NCBI GenBank assembly: GCA_016929245.1
Contig: JAFGJE010000147.1
Location: 1-25,586 of the forward strand
Direction: 5' to 3'
Source: Phycisphaerae bacterium
GTDB lineage: Bacteria; Planctomycetota; Phycisphaerae; SM23-33
Length of the DNA stretch: 25,586 bases
Made by a program: the position numbers and the translations under genes. The notes beneath the pieces are model-generated. The model saw only the letters and a list, made by a program, of their open reading frames with translations. It did not search any database and had not been told where the DNA came from. This document shows positions 17,228 to 25,423 of the stretch, piece by piece. Each line of letters begins with the position of its first letter. Position 1 is the stretch's first letter.

Positions 17228-17608
17228 TTATTTCGCGGGAATCCGGATCGTTTGTCCCACTTTCAGCGCGTTCATGTTGACGTTGGGATTCAAGGCCTCG
17301 ATTTCCTTCCAGCGATGGCCGTTGCCCAGTTGCGTCGCGGCGATTTTCCAGTAGGTATCGCCCTTCTGGACGACGTAGGCCCGGCCCTGGGCGGCCTGAG
17401 AAAGGGGCGGAACGCCCGGCGCGTCGTAGGAATCTTCACCGGCGCCTTCGTCCACGGGCTGAATGTCCGTGGACATGGGTTGGTCCCGGGTGTACTGGGG
17501 ATCGGAGTCGGTGGACATCTCCACCGACTGATTGGGCGGTTTGTTGCACCCGGCCGGCAACAATAAGGCTCCGAGAACGACAAGCGCGAGGAGTAAAAAG
17601 GTTCGCAT
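17228..17608 (-). CDS. Small secreted or lipoprotein with a C-terminal LysM domain (126 aa)
   Basis: Start chosen at MRTFLLLALVVLGALLLPAGC (AAGGA 5-6 nt upstream). Signal peptide with a Cys at the cleavage region. C-terminal YVVQKGDTYWKIAATQLGNGHRWKEIEALNPNVNMNALKVGQTIRIP is a canonical LysM motif. The longer ORF (to 17818) runs through repeat B2 and is rejected. Confidence 0.65.
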   Translation of the reverse strand: MRTFLLLALVVLGALLLPAGCNKPPNQSVEMSTDSDPQYTRDQPMSTDIQPVDEGAGEDSYDAPGVPPLSQAAQGRAYVVQKGDTYWKIAATQLGNGHRWKEIEALNPNVNMNALKVGQTIRIPAK

Positions 17609-17753
17609 GGTCATCCTTATCCGTTTCGTGTGATCGGGGTTACGCGGGAACATCCTGTTCCCGACGTATCCATATAATAGTCTTCGGGAAGGGTGTGTCA
17701 AGAGAGGGACTGGGGAGGGATAACGAGCCGGGCCTGTCAAGGCCCGGTCTTCC

Positions 17754-17856
17754 GTGGCACCTTCAAGCGAGTCTTCTCGCTTGTGGGTGCTCTTACGATA
17801 ATGGAAAAATGCACCCACAAACGCGAAGACGCGTTTGAAGGTGCCACGAAGTCTGC
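17754..17856. repeat. Palindromic repeat family B, copy 2 (inverted orientation relative to copy 1)
   Basis: cccggtcttcc gtggcaccttcaa gcgagtcttctcgc ttgtgggtgc tcttacgataatggaaaaat gcacccacaa acgcgaagacgcgt ttgaaggtgccac. The outer and inner stems are identical to 8536-8620. The gcgagtcttctcgc sub-hairpin is the reverse complement of the one in copy 1. Confidence 0.8.
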
Positions 17857-17873
17857 GCGTTTGATGGCGTCAT

Positions 17874-18704
17874 TTACCCGGTTTCATCCATCGACCCGGA
17901 GCGGAATCCTTCCAGGTCGAGGGTGACGTAGACGTATCCGGCTGCCTTGGCGGTCTGGAGGATTTGCTCCCTCCGGTGCAGGGCGAGGGGAATTTCGTCG
18001 TGAAGAAGCTCGAGTCGCGCGACGGTGTCGTGATCGCGGCAGCGATACTGCGTGAAACCCATCGCCCGCAGGGCCGACTCGACGAGTTCAATCCGTCGCA
18101 GCGTTTCGGCGTCCAGAGGCCGACCATAAGGAACGCGGCTGGCGAGGCACGCCCGGCTGGGGCGATCCCAACTCCCCAGACCCATCTCGCGTGCGGCCTG
18201 GCGGATGTCGGATTTCGTCATTCCCGCGTCGCGCAGGGGACAGGCGATGTCCAGTTCCTCCTCCGCCCGCGCCCCGGGACGATGTTCGCCGGCGTCGGCG
18301 GCGTTCGATCCGCTCGCCACGGCGGACAGTCCCCGCCGCTGAGCGAGTTCCAGCAGTTGCCCGAACAACAGCCGTTTGCACCAATAGCAGCGGTCGGCGG
18401 GATTGTCCAGCACACGTTGATCCAGAAGTTGGGTTGTGTCGATTTCGACGAGTTCCACTCCGAGCGATTCCGCCAGCGTTCCGGCGGCCTGGGTTTCTTC
18501 GGCGGGGTGAATCAACCCCGCGGCTGTGGCGGCCAGCACGTTGTCTTTGCCCAACACCTCCACCGCCAGCGCCAGTAAGAGAGAACTGTCCACACCGCCC
18601 GAAACCGCCACCACCACTCCGCCCAGGGAGCGGAGAATCTCCCGGCAGCGCTCCAGGCGCTCGGTGAGGTTTGGATTTGTCGAAGTTGTTTCCGATGGCG
18701 TCAT
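17874..18704 (-). CDS. larE: LarE-family ATP-dependent sacrificial sulfur transferase (PP-loop ATP pyrophosphatase, TIGR00268-like), 276 aa
   Basis: PP-loop SGGVDSS. Conserved blocks matching LarE (RCYWCK, ACLASRVPYG, VTLDLEGFRSGSMD). No larB or larC neighbours in the window. Confidence 0.85.
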   Translation of the reverse strand: MTPSETTSTNPNLTERLERCREILRSLGGVVVAVSGGVDSSLLLALAVEVLGKDNVLAATAAGLIHPAEETQAAGTLAESLGVELVEIDTTQLLDQRVLDNPADRCYWCKRLLFGQLLELAQRRGLSAVASGSNAADAGEHRPGARAEEELDIACPLRDAGMTKSDIRQAAREMGLGSWDRPSRACLASRVPYGRPLDAETLRRIELVESALRAMGFTQYRCRDHDTVARLELLHDEIPLALHRREQILQTAKAAGYVYVTLDLEGFRSGSMDETG

Positions 18705-18800
18705 AGTGTATGGTCATTATACGCGTCAGGATGACCACCTTTCCAAGGATACTTGGCGGAACGAAGCCTCGCCAAGCTAAAATGAATAAATGTAATTAAT

Positions 18801-18894
18801 GGGTGCCGTGGTTCGCGAAGCCCTATAGGGGCGTAGCAACCATGTTCCTCGGATAACGTGGTTGCTACGCTACGCTTCGCGAACCACGGCACCC
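18801..18894. repeat. Palindromic repeat family C, copy 2, in the divergent promoter region between larE and the adenosine-deaminase gene
   Basis: Outer 21-bp stem gggtgccgtggttcgcgaagc ... gcttcgcgaaccacggcaccc. Inner 12-bp stem gcgtagcaacca ... tggttgctacgc. Shares AGCCCTATAGGGGCG and CCCTTACAG motifs with 2686-2846. Upstream at ~18722 lies cgcgtcaggatgacc, resembling the family A/B end motif. Confidence 0.7.
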
Positions 18895-18915
18895 TTACAG
18901 AAAGGGTTGTGAGAT

Positions 18916-20409
18916 ATGAACCATAAGAAACGTATTATCGAGTTATTCCTTATCGCGATTCTGTTGCATTCGCCTTGGGTTCTCTTCGCCGACGAAGCGG
19001 CGACCGCGAGTCGTTTCGAGCACGCTAAAGCCTCCGATCCGCAGTTGATCGCGTTCGTGAAGAATATGCCCAAGGGCGCGGACCTGCATGTGCATATCAG
19101 CGGGGCCGTCTACGCCGAAACAGAGCTGGACGCCGCCATTCGCAGCCCTTTGTTCTTCGACCCCGTGGCCTGCCGGTTCGTTCCCGCGGGAACCGCCGGG
19201 GCGAAACCCGCCAAGGATATGCTCACCGATCCGACGCTCGCGACGAAATTTCTCGACGCCGCGAGCATGCGGGGCTGGTTCCCCGCGACGATGAGCGGAC
19301 ACGATCATTTCTTCGCCACATGGTCGCACATGAACGGGCCTACGGACGTCAATGTGATGCTCGCGGAAGTGCTCTCCCGCGCCCGGGCGCAGAACCTGCA
19401 ATACATGGAGATCATGGCCACTCCCCTGCAAGGTCGAGCCCGCGAAGCGGCGCTGGCGAATCCGCCGGCTGTCGAGAATCTCGAAAAAGCGTTCGCGGAA
19501 ATGAAAAAACGTTTCCCCGCCATGATCCAGGCGTCCAAGGAATACATGGATGCGCAGGACCGGGACGTCGCCAAACGCATGGGCCTGGCCAGACCGATCA
19601 CCGATTCCGGGAACCCGATCTTCTTCCGCTATATTTTCAGCGTGGACCGCACCGCGCCGAACGAGGATTTCTTCGCGCAGATGGCCTGCGGAATGGCGCT
19701 GATCCAGGCTGACCCGCGCGTCGTGTCCTGCAATATCCTCGCGCCGGAGGATTACACGATGGCCCGCTGGAATTTCGACACGCAGATGCGGATGATCGAT
19801 TTTCTCTGGAACCGCCTGGGCAAACCCAACCTCACGCTGCACGCGGGGGAGTTGACGCTGAAAATCTCCCCGGTCGAGGTGATGCGCTCGCGGATTCGCA
19901 AGACCATCGAAATCGGCCATGCCAAAAGGATCGGGCACGGCGTGTCCATCGCCTGGGAGGACGACCTGCCGGGCCTGCTGAAAGAAATGCGAGACAAAGG
20001 CGTGGCGGTGGAAATCTGCCTCACCAGCAACGACGTGATTCTCGGCGTTTCGGGTGACAAGCATCCCTTCAACCTGTATCGCCAGGCCGGAATTCCCATG
20101 AGCTTGAACACGGACGACGAAGGCGTCGGAAGATCGAATCTCACGATGGAATTCATCCGTGGGATTCGCGACCACAATCTTTCCTACACGGACCTGAAGG
20201 AGTTGGCCCGTAACAGCCTGGAATATTCCTTCCTGCCGGGCGAGAGTTTGTACGAAAAAGGCGATTCCGCGAAACTCAAACCCGAGTTCGCGAAGATTCG
20301 CACGCCCGATTGGGCGCCGACGCCTGCCGCAAAAAAACAGATGGCGGCCTCGGAAAAACTGAAAGTCCAGACGCGACTCGAACGGGCGTTTGTGGAGTTT
20401 GAGAAATAG
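18916..20409 (+). CDS. Adenosine-deaminase-family metallo-dependent hydrolase with an N-terminal signal peptide (ADGF/ADA2-like secreted adenosine/AMP deaminase), 497 aa
   Basis: Signal peptide MNHKKRIIELFLIAILLHSPWVLFADEA. Metal ligands: HxH (DLHVHISGAV), LHAGE, and SLNTDDEGV, which are adenosine-deaminase-family signatures. Confidence 0.85.
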   Translation: MNHKKRIIELFLIAILLHSPWVLFADEAATASRFEHAKASDPQLIAFVKNMPKGADLHVHISGAVYAETELDAAIRSPLFFDPVACRFVPAGTAGAKPAKDMLTDPTLATKFLDAASMRGWFPATMSGHDHFFATWSHMNGPTDVNVMLAEVLSRARAQNLQYMEIMATPLQGRAREAALANPPAVENLEKAFAEMKKRFPAMIQASKEYMDAQDRDVAKRMGLARPITDSGNPIFFRYIFSVDRTAPNEDFFAQMACGMALIQADPRVVSCNILAPEDYTMARWNFDTQMRMIDFLWNRLGKPNLTLHAGELTLKISPVEVMRSRIRKTIEIGHAKRIGHGVSIAWEDDLPGLLKEMRDKGVAVEICLTSNDVILGVSGDKHPFNLYRQAGIPMSLNTDDEGVGRSNLTMEFIRGIRDHNLSYTDLKELARNSLEYSFLPGESLYEKGDSAKLKPEFAKIRTPDWAPTPAAKKQMAASEKLKVQTRLERAFVEFEK

Positions 20410-20439
20410 CCTTCAATTGGTTCCATAAAATATACATAT

Positions 20440-20533
20440 TGTCATCCTGAGCGGAGCGCAGCGGAGTCGAAGGACCTTACGCCTGGTTACTCGTGAGGTC
20501 CTTCGACTCCGCTGCGCTCCGCTCAGGATGACA
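20440..20533. repeat. Palindromic repeat family A, copy 2 (perfect 37-bp arms, loop inverted relative to copy 1), between the adenosine-deaminase and pepP genes
   Basis: tgtcatcctgagcggagcgcagcggagtcgaaggacc - ttacgcctggttactcgtga - ggtccttcgactccgctgcgctccgctcaggatgaca. The loop is approximately the reverse complement of the loop in copy 1. Confidence 0.85.
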
Positions 20534-20576
20534 TCTTTGGTGATCTTTCGCTGAAAATATTCTATACTCTCGCATC

Positions 20577-21701
20577 ATGGTTTCCTCAAAATCGACCAAT
20601 CTGACGACGGTGTATCGTTCGCGGCGGCGGGCGCTGTTGCGGGCCGCGGCGCGGCAGGTGAAGATTGACGCGATGCTCGTGACGAATCCCGCGGATGTGG
20701 GATATCTGACGGGATTTTCCGGCGACGACAGTTTCGCTCTGCTGATCGGCGATAAACCTTTCCTTTTGACGGACGGCCGATATGACGAGCAGGCGGCGAA
20801 GGAATGTCCGGGTGTGGAAATGTACGTCCGCACCGGGAAGATGTCCCTCGCCGTCGCGGATGTGCTGCGGGGCAAGGGCGTCCGGCGCGTGGGGGTGCAG
20901 CGCGAGCATGTCACCCTCGCGCTGCACAAGGCGCTGTCCGATGCCTTGGGGAAACGAAAGTTGATCGAACTATCCAACCTGGCCGCGGGATCGCGGGAAA
21001 CGAAGGATGACATTGAGGTTCGCGCGATTCGCAAGGCGCTGCGGATCGCCGAAAAAGCGTTCCTGGAACTGATCGCGGGAGGGGCGAAGCGGTTTCTCGG
21101 GCGGACGGAACGTCAGATCGCGGCCCAGTTGGACCACCGCATGCGCGATCTCGGCGCGGAGGCGCCGTTCTTTGAAACCATCGTGGCCGTCGGTCCGAAC
21201 GGTTCGCGCCCTCACCATCGTCCCGGATCGCGCCGGGTGAAGCGCGGCGACCCGATCCTCCTCGACTGGGGCGCCCGGCTGGGGGGATACGGCAGCGACT
21301 TGACCCGCGTGGTCTTCACGGGTACAATCCCGCCCGAATTCACCGAACTGTATACGATTGTTTTGTCTGCGCAGAAGGCCGGGATCCGGTCGATTCAGCC
21401 GGGCAAAACCTGCAAGTCGGTGGACCGCGCCGCCCGGAGCGTGATCGAGGCGGCGGGATATGGCGAAAAATTCGTGCACAGCCTCGGCCATGGGCTGGGC
21501 CGGGACGTGCATGAAGCGCCGACGCTGACGAAAACCAACCCGAAGCGATTGCGGGCCGGGATGATCGTCACCGTCGAACCGGGCATTTACATCCCCGGAG
21601 TCGGCGGAATTCGCGTCGAGGACGACGTGCTGGTGACGTCCCGCGGCGCGAAGCGCCTCAGCCGCCTTCCGAGAGACATCGAGGCGATGCGGCTGCGATA
21701 A
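20577..21701 (+). CDS. pepP: Xaa-Pro aminopeptidase (M24B family metallopeptidase), 374 aa
   Basis: N-terminal creatinase/prolidase domain (YLTGFSG). C-terminal pita-bread fold with metal ligands (DWGARLGGYGSDLTR, HSLGHGLGRDVHE, EPGIY, RVEDDVLVT). Confidence 0.9.
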   Translation: MVSSKSTNLTTVYRSRRRALLRAAARQVKIDAMLVTNPADVGYLTGFSGDDSFALLIGDKPFLLTDGRYDEQAAKECPGVEMYVRTGKMSLAVADVLRGKGVRRVGVQREHVTLALHKALSDALGKRKLIELSNLAAGSRETKDDIEVRAIRKALRIAEKAFLELIAGGAKRFLGRTERQIAAQLDHRMRDLGAEAPFFETIVAVGPNGSRPHHRPGSRRVKRGDPILLDWGARLGGYGSDLTRVVFTGTIPPEFTELYTIVLSAQKAGIRSIQPGKTCKSVDRAARSVIEAAGYGEKFVHSLGHGLGRDVHEAPTLTKTNPKRLRAGMIVTVEPGIYIPGVGGIRVEDDVLVTSRGAKRLSRLPRDIEAMRLR

Positions 21702-21860
21702 AAAAGAGAATAATCAATAATCAAAATTCAATATTCAAACAATCATCAATACACAATATCCAAAATAACGTCCTTATGTCTTTTGAATATGGAAGATTTC
21801 GTTTTTGATATTGTTGGAGTATTGAGAATTGAATATTGGATATTTTTTAACCCTAACGGA
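21702..21860. promoter_or_regulatory. Extremely AT-rich (~25% GC) island upstream of accB with inverted and direct repeats (candidate promoter/operator or nucleoid-protein binding region)
   Basis: aataatcaataatcaaaattcaatattcaaacaatcatcaatacacaatatccaaaataacg ... ttttgaatatggaag ... gatattgttggagtattgagaattgaatattggatatttttt. caatattcaa (~21730) and ttgaatattg (~21830) are inverted copies ~90 bp apart. The island contrasts sharply with the 62% GC surroundings. Confidence 0.55.
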
Positions 21861-21898
21861 ACGAAAGTCCTGTCCAGGCAGATACAAGGAAGGCGTCA

Positions 21899-22492
21899 AT
21901 GATGGCTAGGAAAAAGGCAAAGAAGAAAACGACGGTGAAGACCGCGGCGGTGAAGAAGACTCCCGCGAAGAAGTCTTTGAAAAAAACGGCGAAGAAATCC
22001 GCGGCGGCCACCAAACCCCCGGTCAAGGGTCTGATGGCCGACGTGCAGCACCTGATGGAAATGATGGCGATGCACGACGTGACGGAAATCGACATTGAAG
22101 ACGGCGCGCGGAAGATCGCCATGAAGCGCGGCGGCCTGGCGGTTCCGATGATGTCCGTCCCGACAGCGGCGCCCGTTCCGACGGCGGTTCCCGCGGCGGC
22201 GTCCGCACCGGCAGCCGCTCCCGCCGAAGCGCCCGAATCCGCCCCGGCCGACGACCTGATCGAGATCACCAGTCCGATGGTCGGCACGTTCTACGCGGCG
22301 TCGAGCCCCGACAGCGATCCGTTCGTCCAACTCGGCGCGAAGGTCAACGCCGAAACGGTCGTCTGCATCGTCGAGGCGATGAAGGTGATGAACGAGATCA
22401 AGGCCGAGGTGTCCGGGACCATCGCCGAAATCTGCGTGGACAACGCCCAGCCCGTCGAGTTCGGGCAGGTGATGTTCCGCGTCAAACCGTAA
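21899..22492 (+). CDS. accB: Acetyl-CoA carboxylase biotin carboxyl carrier protein (BCCP) with a ~45-aa histone-H1-like Lys/Ala-rich N-terminal extension
   Basis: C-terminal biotinyl domain with EAMKVMN (biotin-Lys). Canonical BCCP N-region [34 protein letters not shown]. Pro/Ala linker. Strong AGGAAGG Shine-Dalgarno 5 nt before the ATG at 21899, which supports translation of the [41 protein letters not shown] tail. Confidence 0.85.
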   Translation: MMARKKAKKKTTVKTAAVKKTPAKKSLKKTAKKSAAATKPPVKGLMADVQHLMEMMAMHDVTEIDIEDGARKIAMKRGGLAVPMMSVPTAAPVPTAVPAAASAPAAAPAEAPESAPADDLIEITSPMVGTFYAASSPDSDPFVQLGAKVNAETVVCIVEAMKVMNEIKAEVSGTIAEICVDNAQPVEFGQVMFRVKP

Positions 22493-22526
22493 TTGAACGC
22501 GTCAAGGTGTCGGGAAAGACTCCTCG

Positions 22527-22625
22527 GATTTCACGGATAAGAAAAAGAGATTACACGGATGATTGTATGAAAAAAACAAAAGAAGAAATCCGTGAAATCC
22601 CTTTCAATCCGTGTAATCCGTGGAG
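22527..22625 (+). promoter_or_regulatory. Interleaved inverted repeats of ATCCGTG / CACGGAT in the accB-accC intercistronic spacer (candidate RNA pseudoknot or attenuator, or an array of protein-binding sites)
   Basis: tttcacggat (22529-38) is complementary to atccgtgaaa (22588-97). ttacacggat (22551-60) is complementary to atccgtgtaa (22607-16). A further atccgtgg (22616-23) abuts the accC RBS region. The order A-B-A'-B' is an H-type pseudoknot topology. Confidence 0.5.
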
Positions 22626-22667
22626 GATTTCCGTCAGGCGGAACGACGTTGCCGAATGGAGAAATAC

Positions 22668-24041
22668 ATGTTCTCTCGTGTCTTAATTGCCAATCGAGGT
22701 GAAATCGCGCTGCGGATCATCCGGGCCTGCAAGGAGCTGGGACTGGAGACGGTGGCGGTGTACAGCGAAGCCGACCGGGACGCCGGCTACCTGCACCTGG
22801 CGGACGACCGCGTGTGCATCGGGGCCGGGGCGTCGTCGGAAAGCTACCTGAACATTCCCCGGATCATCGCCGCCGCCGAGATCACCGACGTCGACGCGAT
22901 CCACCCCGGTTACGGTTTCCTCGCCGAAAACGCCCACTTCGCCGACGTCTGCCGCGACTGCAAGATCGAATTCATCGGCCCGAGCGTCGAGAGCATGAGG
23001 ACGCTGGGCGACAAAATCCAGGCGAAAGCCCTCGCGAAGAAAGCCAACGTCCCCACCACGCCCGACAGCGACGGCGCGATCGAGACCATCGACGCCGCCT
23101 GCCGCATCGCCGACGAGATCGGGTATCCCGTCGCCCTGAAAGCCGCCGCCGGGGGGGGCGGACGCGGCATCCGCTTCGCGCACAACGAGGCGACGCTCCG
23201 CGGCATCTTCCGCCAGGCGCAGACCGAGGCGCAGATCGCCTTCGGTGACGGGCGGATTTTCATGGAAAAGTGCGTCGAGAATTTCCGTCACATCGAGGTG
23301 CAGATTCTCGGTGACCGTCACGGAAACGTGGTGCACCTGTTCGAGCGCGAATGCACCGTGCAGCGGCGCCGGCAGAAGGTGATCGAGGAAACCCCCGCCC
23401 CGGGTTTAAGCAAGGCCCTGCGCGAGGAGGTGTGCAACGCCGCCGTGCGCCTGGCGAAGGAAGTGGGGTATCACAACGCCGGGACCGTCGAGTTCATGCT
23501 CGACCAGGAGAACCGGTTCTACTTCCTCGAAGTCAACACGCGCATCCAGGTGGAGCATCCGATCACGGAAATGGTCACCGACGTGGACCTGGTCAAGTGG
23601 CAGCTTCGCGTCGCCCAGGGCGAGAAGCTCACGTTCACGCAGAAGGACATTCACCAGCGCGGCTGCGCCATCGAATGTCGCATCAACGCCGAGGATCCCA
23701 AGATGGACTTTCGTCCCTCGCCGGGGAGGATTCTGGCGTTCGTCGCGCCGGGCGGACTGGGCGTGCGGTGGGATTCGCACGTCTACCAGGGATACACGAT
23801 CCCTCCGACGTACGACAGCCTGGTCGGAAAGCTGATCGTCCATCGCCCCACGCGCGAGGAAACCATCGCCACCGCGAAGCGCGCGCTGGACGAGTTCGTC
23901 ATCGAACCGACCAAGACGACCTATCCGCTGTGCCGCGAGGTGCTCAGCCATGAAAAATTCATCGCCGGACAATGGGACACCATGTTCATCGAACGCGAAC
24001 TGCTGATCCCCAAGGGTCCGGACTACGCGAAGGAAAAATAA
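22668..24041 (+). CDS. accC: Acetyl-CoA carboxylase biotin carboxylase subunit
   Basis: Start at [25 protein letters not shown] (GGAG 6 nt upstream), the canonical AccC N-terminus. ATP-grasp motifs, GGGGRG, and the C-terminal biotin carboxylase domain. The frame continues to the stop at 24041. Confidence 0.92.
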   Translation: MFSRVLIANRGEIALRIIRACKELGLETVAVYSEADRDAGYLHLADDRVCIGAGASSESYLNIPRIIAAAEITDVDAIHPGYGFLAENAHFADVCRDCKIEFIGPSVESMRTLGDKIQAKALAKKANVPTTPDSDGAIETIDAACRIADEIGYPVALKAAAGGGGRGIRFAHNEATLRGIFRQAQTEAQIAFGDGRIFMEKCVENFRHIEVQILGDRHGNVVHLFERECTVQRRRQKVIEETPAPGLSKALREEVCNAAVRLAKEVGYHNAGTVEFMLDQENRFYFLEVNTRIQVEHPITEMVTDVDLVKWQLRVAQGEKLTFTQKDIHQRGCAIECRINAEDPKMDFRPSPGRILAFVAPGGLGVRWDSHVYQGYTIPPTYDSLVGKLIVHRPTREETIATAKRALDEFVIEPTKTTYPLCREVLSHEKFIAGQWDTMFIERELLIPKGPDYAKEK

Positions 24042-24045
24042 GAGA

Positions 24046-24137
24046 ACGCGAATAAGACGAATTAGAACAAATAAGACGAATCGTTTTTAAAAAATCAATT
24101 CGTCTTATTCGTCTTGATTCGCGTTATTCGCGTTCCC
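24046..24137. terminator. Long imperfect palindrome with an AT loop between accC and pfk (terminator or attenuator). It has the same architecture as the 4375-4475 element.
   Basis: gaacgcgaataagacgaattagaacaaataagacgaat - cgtttttaaaaaatca - attcgtcttattcgtcttgattcgcgttattcgcgttc. The arms are built from tandem AATAAGACGAAT-like sub-repeats. Coordinates are approximate to +/-2 nt. Confidence 0.65.
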
Positions 24138-24177
24138 TTCCATTCGTTGGATCACATAAGAAACAGGAGTGTTTTCC

Positions 24178-25395
24178 ATGAGTATGATGAAAGGAAACGC
24201 GGTGATCGGACAGTCGGGCGGACCGACCGCCGTCATCAACCAGTCGCTGGTGGGCGTGATCGAGACGCTCAAGGGATGCAAATCGATTCCGAAGATTCTC
24301 GGCGCCAATCACGGCGTTTCGGGAATCGTGAAGGAAAAATTCATCGATCTCAAGAAGGTCGATAAGACCACGCTCGAGCGCGTCGCCGACACCCCGGCCG
24401 CGGCGCTGGGTTCCAGCCGCGACAAACCCGACGAAGCCTACTGCGAGCGGATTTTCAAGGTCTTCGAGAAGAACGACGTCCGCTACTTCTTCTACATCGG
24501 CGGAAACGACTCCGCGGACGCGGCGCGGATCGTCAACGAGATGGCCGACGCCGCGAACTACGAACTGCGCGTGTTCCACATTCCCAAGACCATCGACAAC
24601 GACCTGCGCGTGACGGACCACACGCCGGGATACGGTTCGGCGGGGCGGTTCGTCGCGTCGGCGTTCGCCGGGGACGACCGCGACTCGGCGTCCCTGCCGG
24701 GGATCAAGATCAACGTCGTGATGGGTCGCCACGCCGGCTGGTTGACGGCCGCGAGCGTGCTGGGCAAGATCGACGAAACCTGCGGGCCTCACCTGGTGTA
24801 CGTGCCGGAGGTTCCCTTCAACGTCAACCAGTTCGTCGAGGACGTTCGCGAAACCTACGCGAAACTCGGACGCTGCCAGATCGCCGTCTCCGAAGGGATT
24901 TCCGACGAAACGCACACGCCCATCGCGGTGAACCTCGCCGAGCGCCTGGGGCACCGCGTCGAACGCGACAGCCACGGAAACGTGCAACTGTCCGGATCGG
25001 GCGCGCTGGGCGATTTCCTCTCGGACTTCCTCAAGAGCAACATGAAGGAAAAGTACAAAACCCTCCGCGTGCGGGCCGACACGTTCGGATATCTCCAGCG
25101 GTCGTTCGCGGGATACGCCTCCTCCGTTGACCAGATCGAAGCCCGGCAGTGCGGGCGAAAGGCGGCCGAGCTTGCCCTGGCGGGCGATTCGGACGGTTCC
25201 ATCGTCATGATCCGCGCCAAGGGCAATACCTACAAGATCAGCTACAAACGCGCGGAACTCAAGGACGTGGCACGCCTGACGAAGGACATGCCCAAGACCT
25301 TCCTCAACAAAGCCGGCAACGGCGTCACGCAAGCCTACGTCAACTACGCGACCCCGCTGGTCGGCGAACTGCCCAAATTGGGGAAATTGTTTTAG
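24178..25395 (+). CDS. 6-phosphofructokinase (~400-aa PFK-A family member, likely a PPi-dependent type)
   Basis: GQSGGPTAVINQS (phosphate-binding), YFFYIGGNDS, PKTIDNDL, MGRHAGWL motifs. Start chosen at MSMMKGN (AGGAG 9 nt upstream). The GTG at 24169 directly abuts the Shine-Dalgarno. Confidence 0.88.
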   Translation: MSMMKGNAVIGQSGGPTAVINQSLVGVIETLKGCKSIPKILGANHGVSGIVKEKFIDLKKVDKTTLERVADTPAAALGSSRDKPDEAYCERIFKVFEKNDVRYFFYIGGNDSADAARIVNEMADAANYELRVFHIPKTIDNDLRVTDHTPGYGSAGRFVASAFAGDDRDSASLPGIKINVVMGRHAGWLTAASVLGKIDETCGPHLVYVPEVPFNVNQFVEDVRETYAKLGRCQIAVSEGISDETHTPIAVNLAERLGHRVERDSHGNVQLSGSGALGDFLSDFLKSNMKEKYKTLRVRADTFGYLQRSFAGYASSVDQIEARQCGRKAAELALAGDSDGSIVMIRAKGNTYKISYKRAELKDVARLTKDMPKTFLNKAGNGVTQAYVNYATPLVGELPKLGKLF

Positions 25396-25423
25396 ACCGT
25401 TGGGAAGAGAATAAAGAAGAAAA

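Noticed and set aside
17609-17818. Upstream extension of the LysM ORF, plus the 77-aa plus-strand ORF at 17693-17926
   Set aside because: Both run through repeat B2, and the repeat-derived peptide THKREDSLEGAT recurs. The signal-peptide start at 17608 has a proper Shine-Dalgarno.
17964-18738. 204-aa plus-strand and 216-aa minus-strand alternative-frame ORFs overlapping larE
   Set aside because: Low-complexity Arg/Gly/Pro-rich products. LarE motifs are present only in the 17874-18704 frame.
18943-21512. Minus-strand ORFs antisense to the adenosine-deaminase (410 aa) and pepP (180 aa) genes
   Set aside because: Antisense and compositionally biased.
21853-22330. Two 144-aa minus-strand ORFs antisense to accB
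   Set aside because: They arise from the Ala/Pro-rich linker region read antisense. The BCCP frame has the biotinylation motif.
22620-22667. Upstream start for accC giving [20 protein letters not shown]
   Set aside because: The canonical AccC N-terminus begins at [12 protein letters not shown] with GGAG 6 nt upstream. The upstream codons lie inside the repeat-structured spacer.
22683-23972. Overlapping ORFs (217 aa -, 144 aa +, 200 aa +, 188 aa -) inside accC
   Set aside because: accC is unambiguous. The alternatives are Arg/Gly-rich artefacts.
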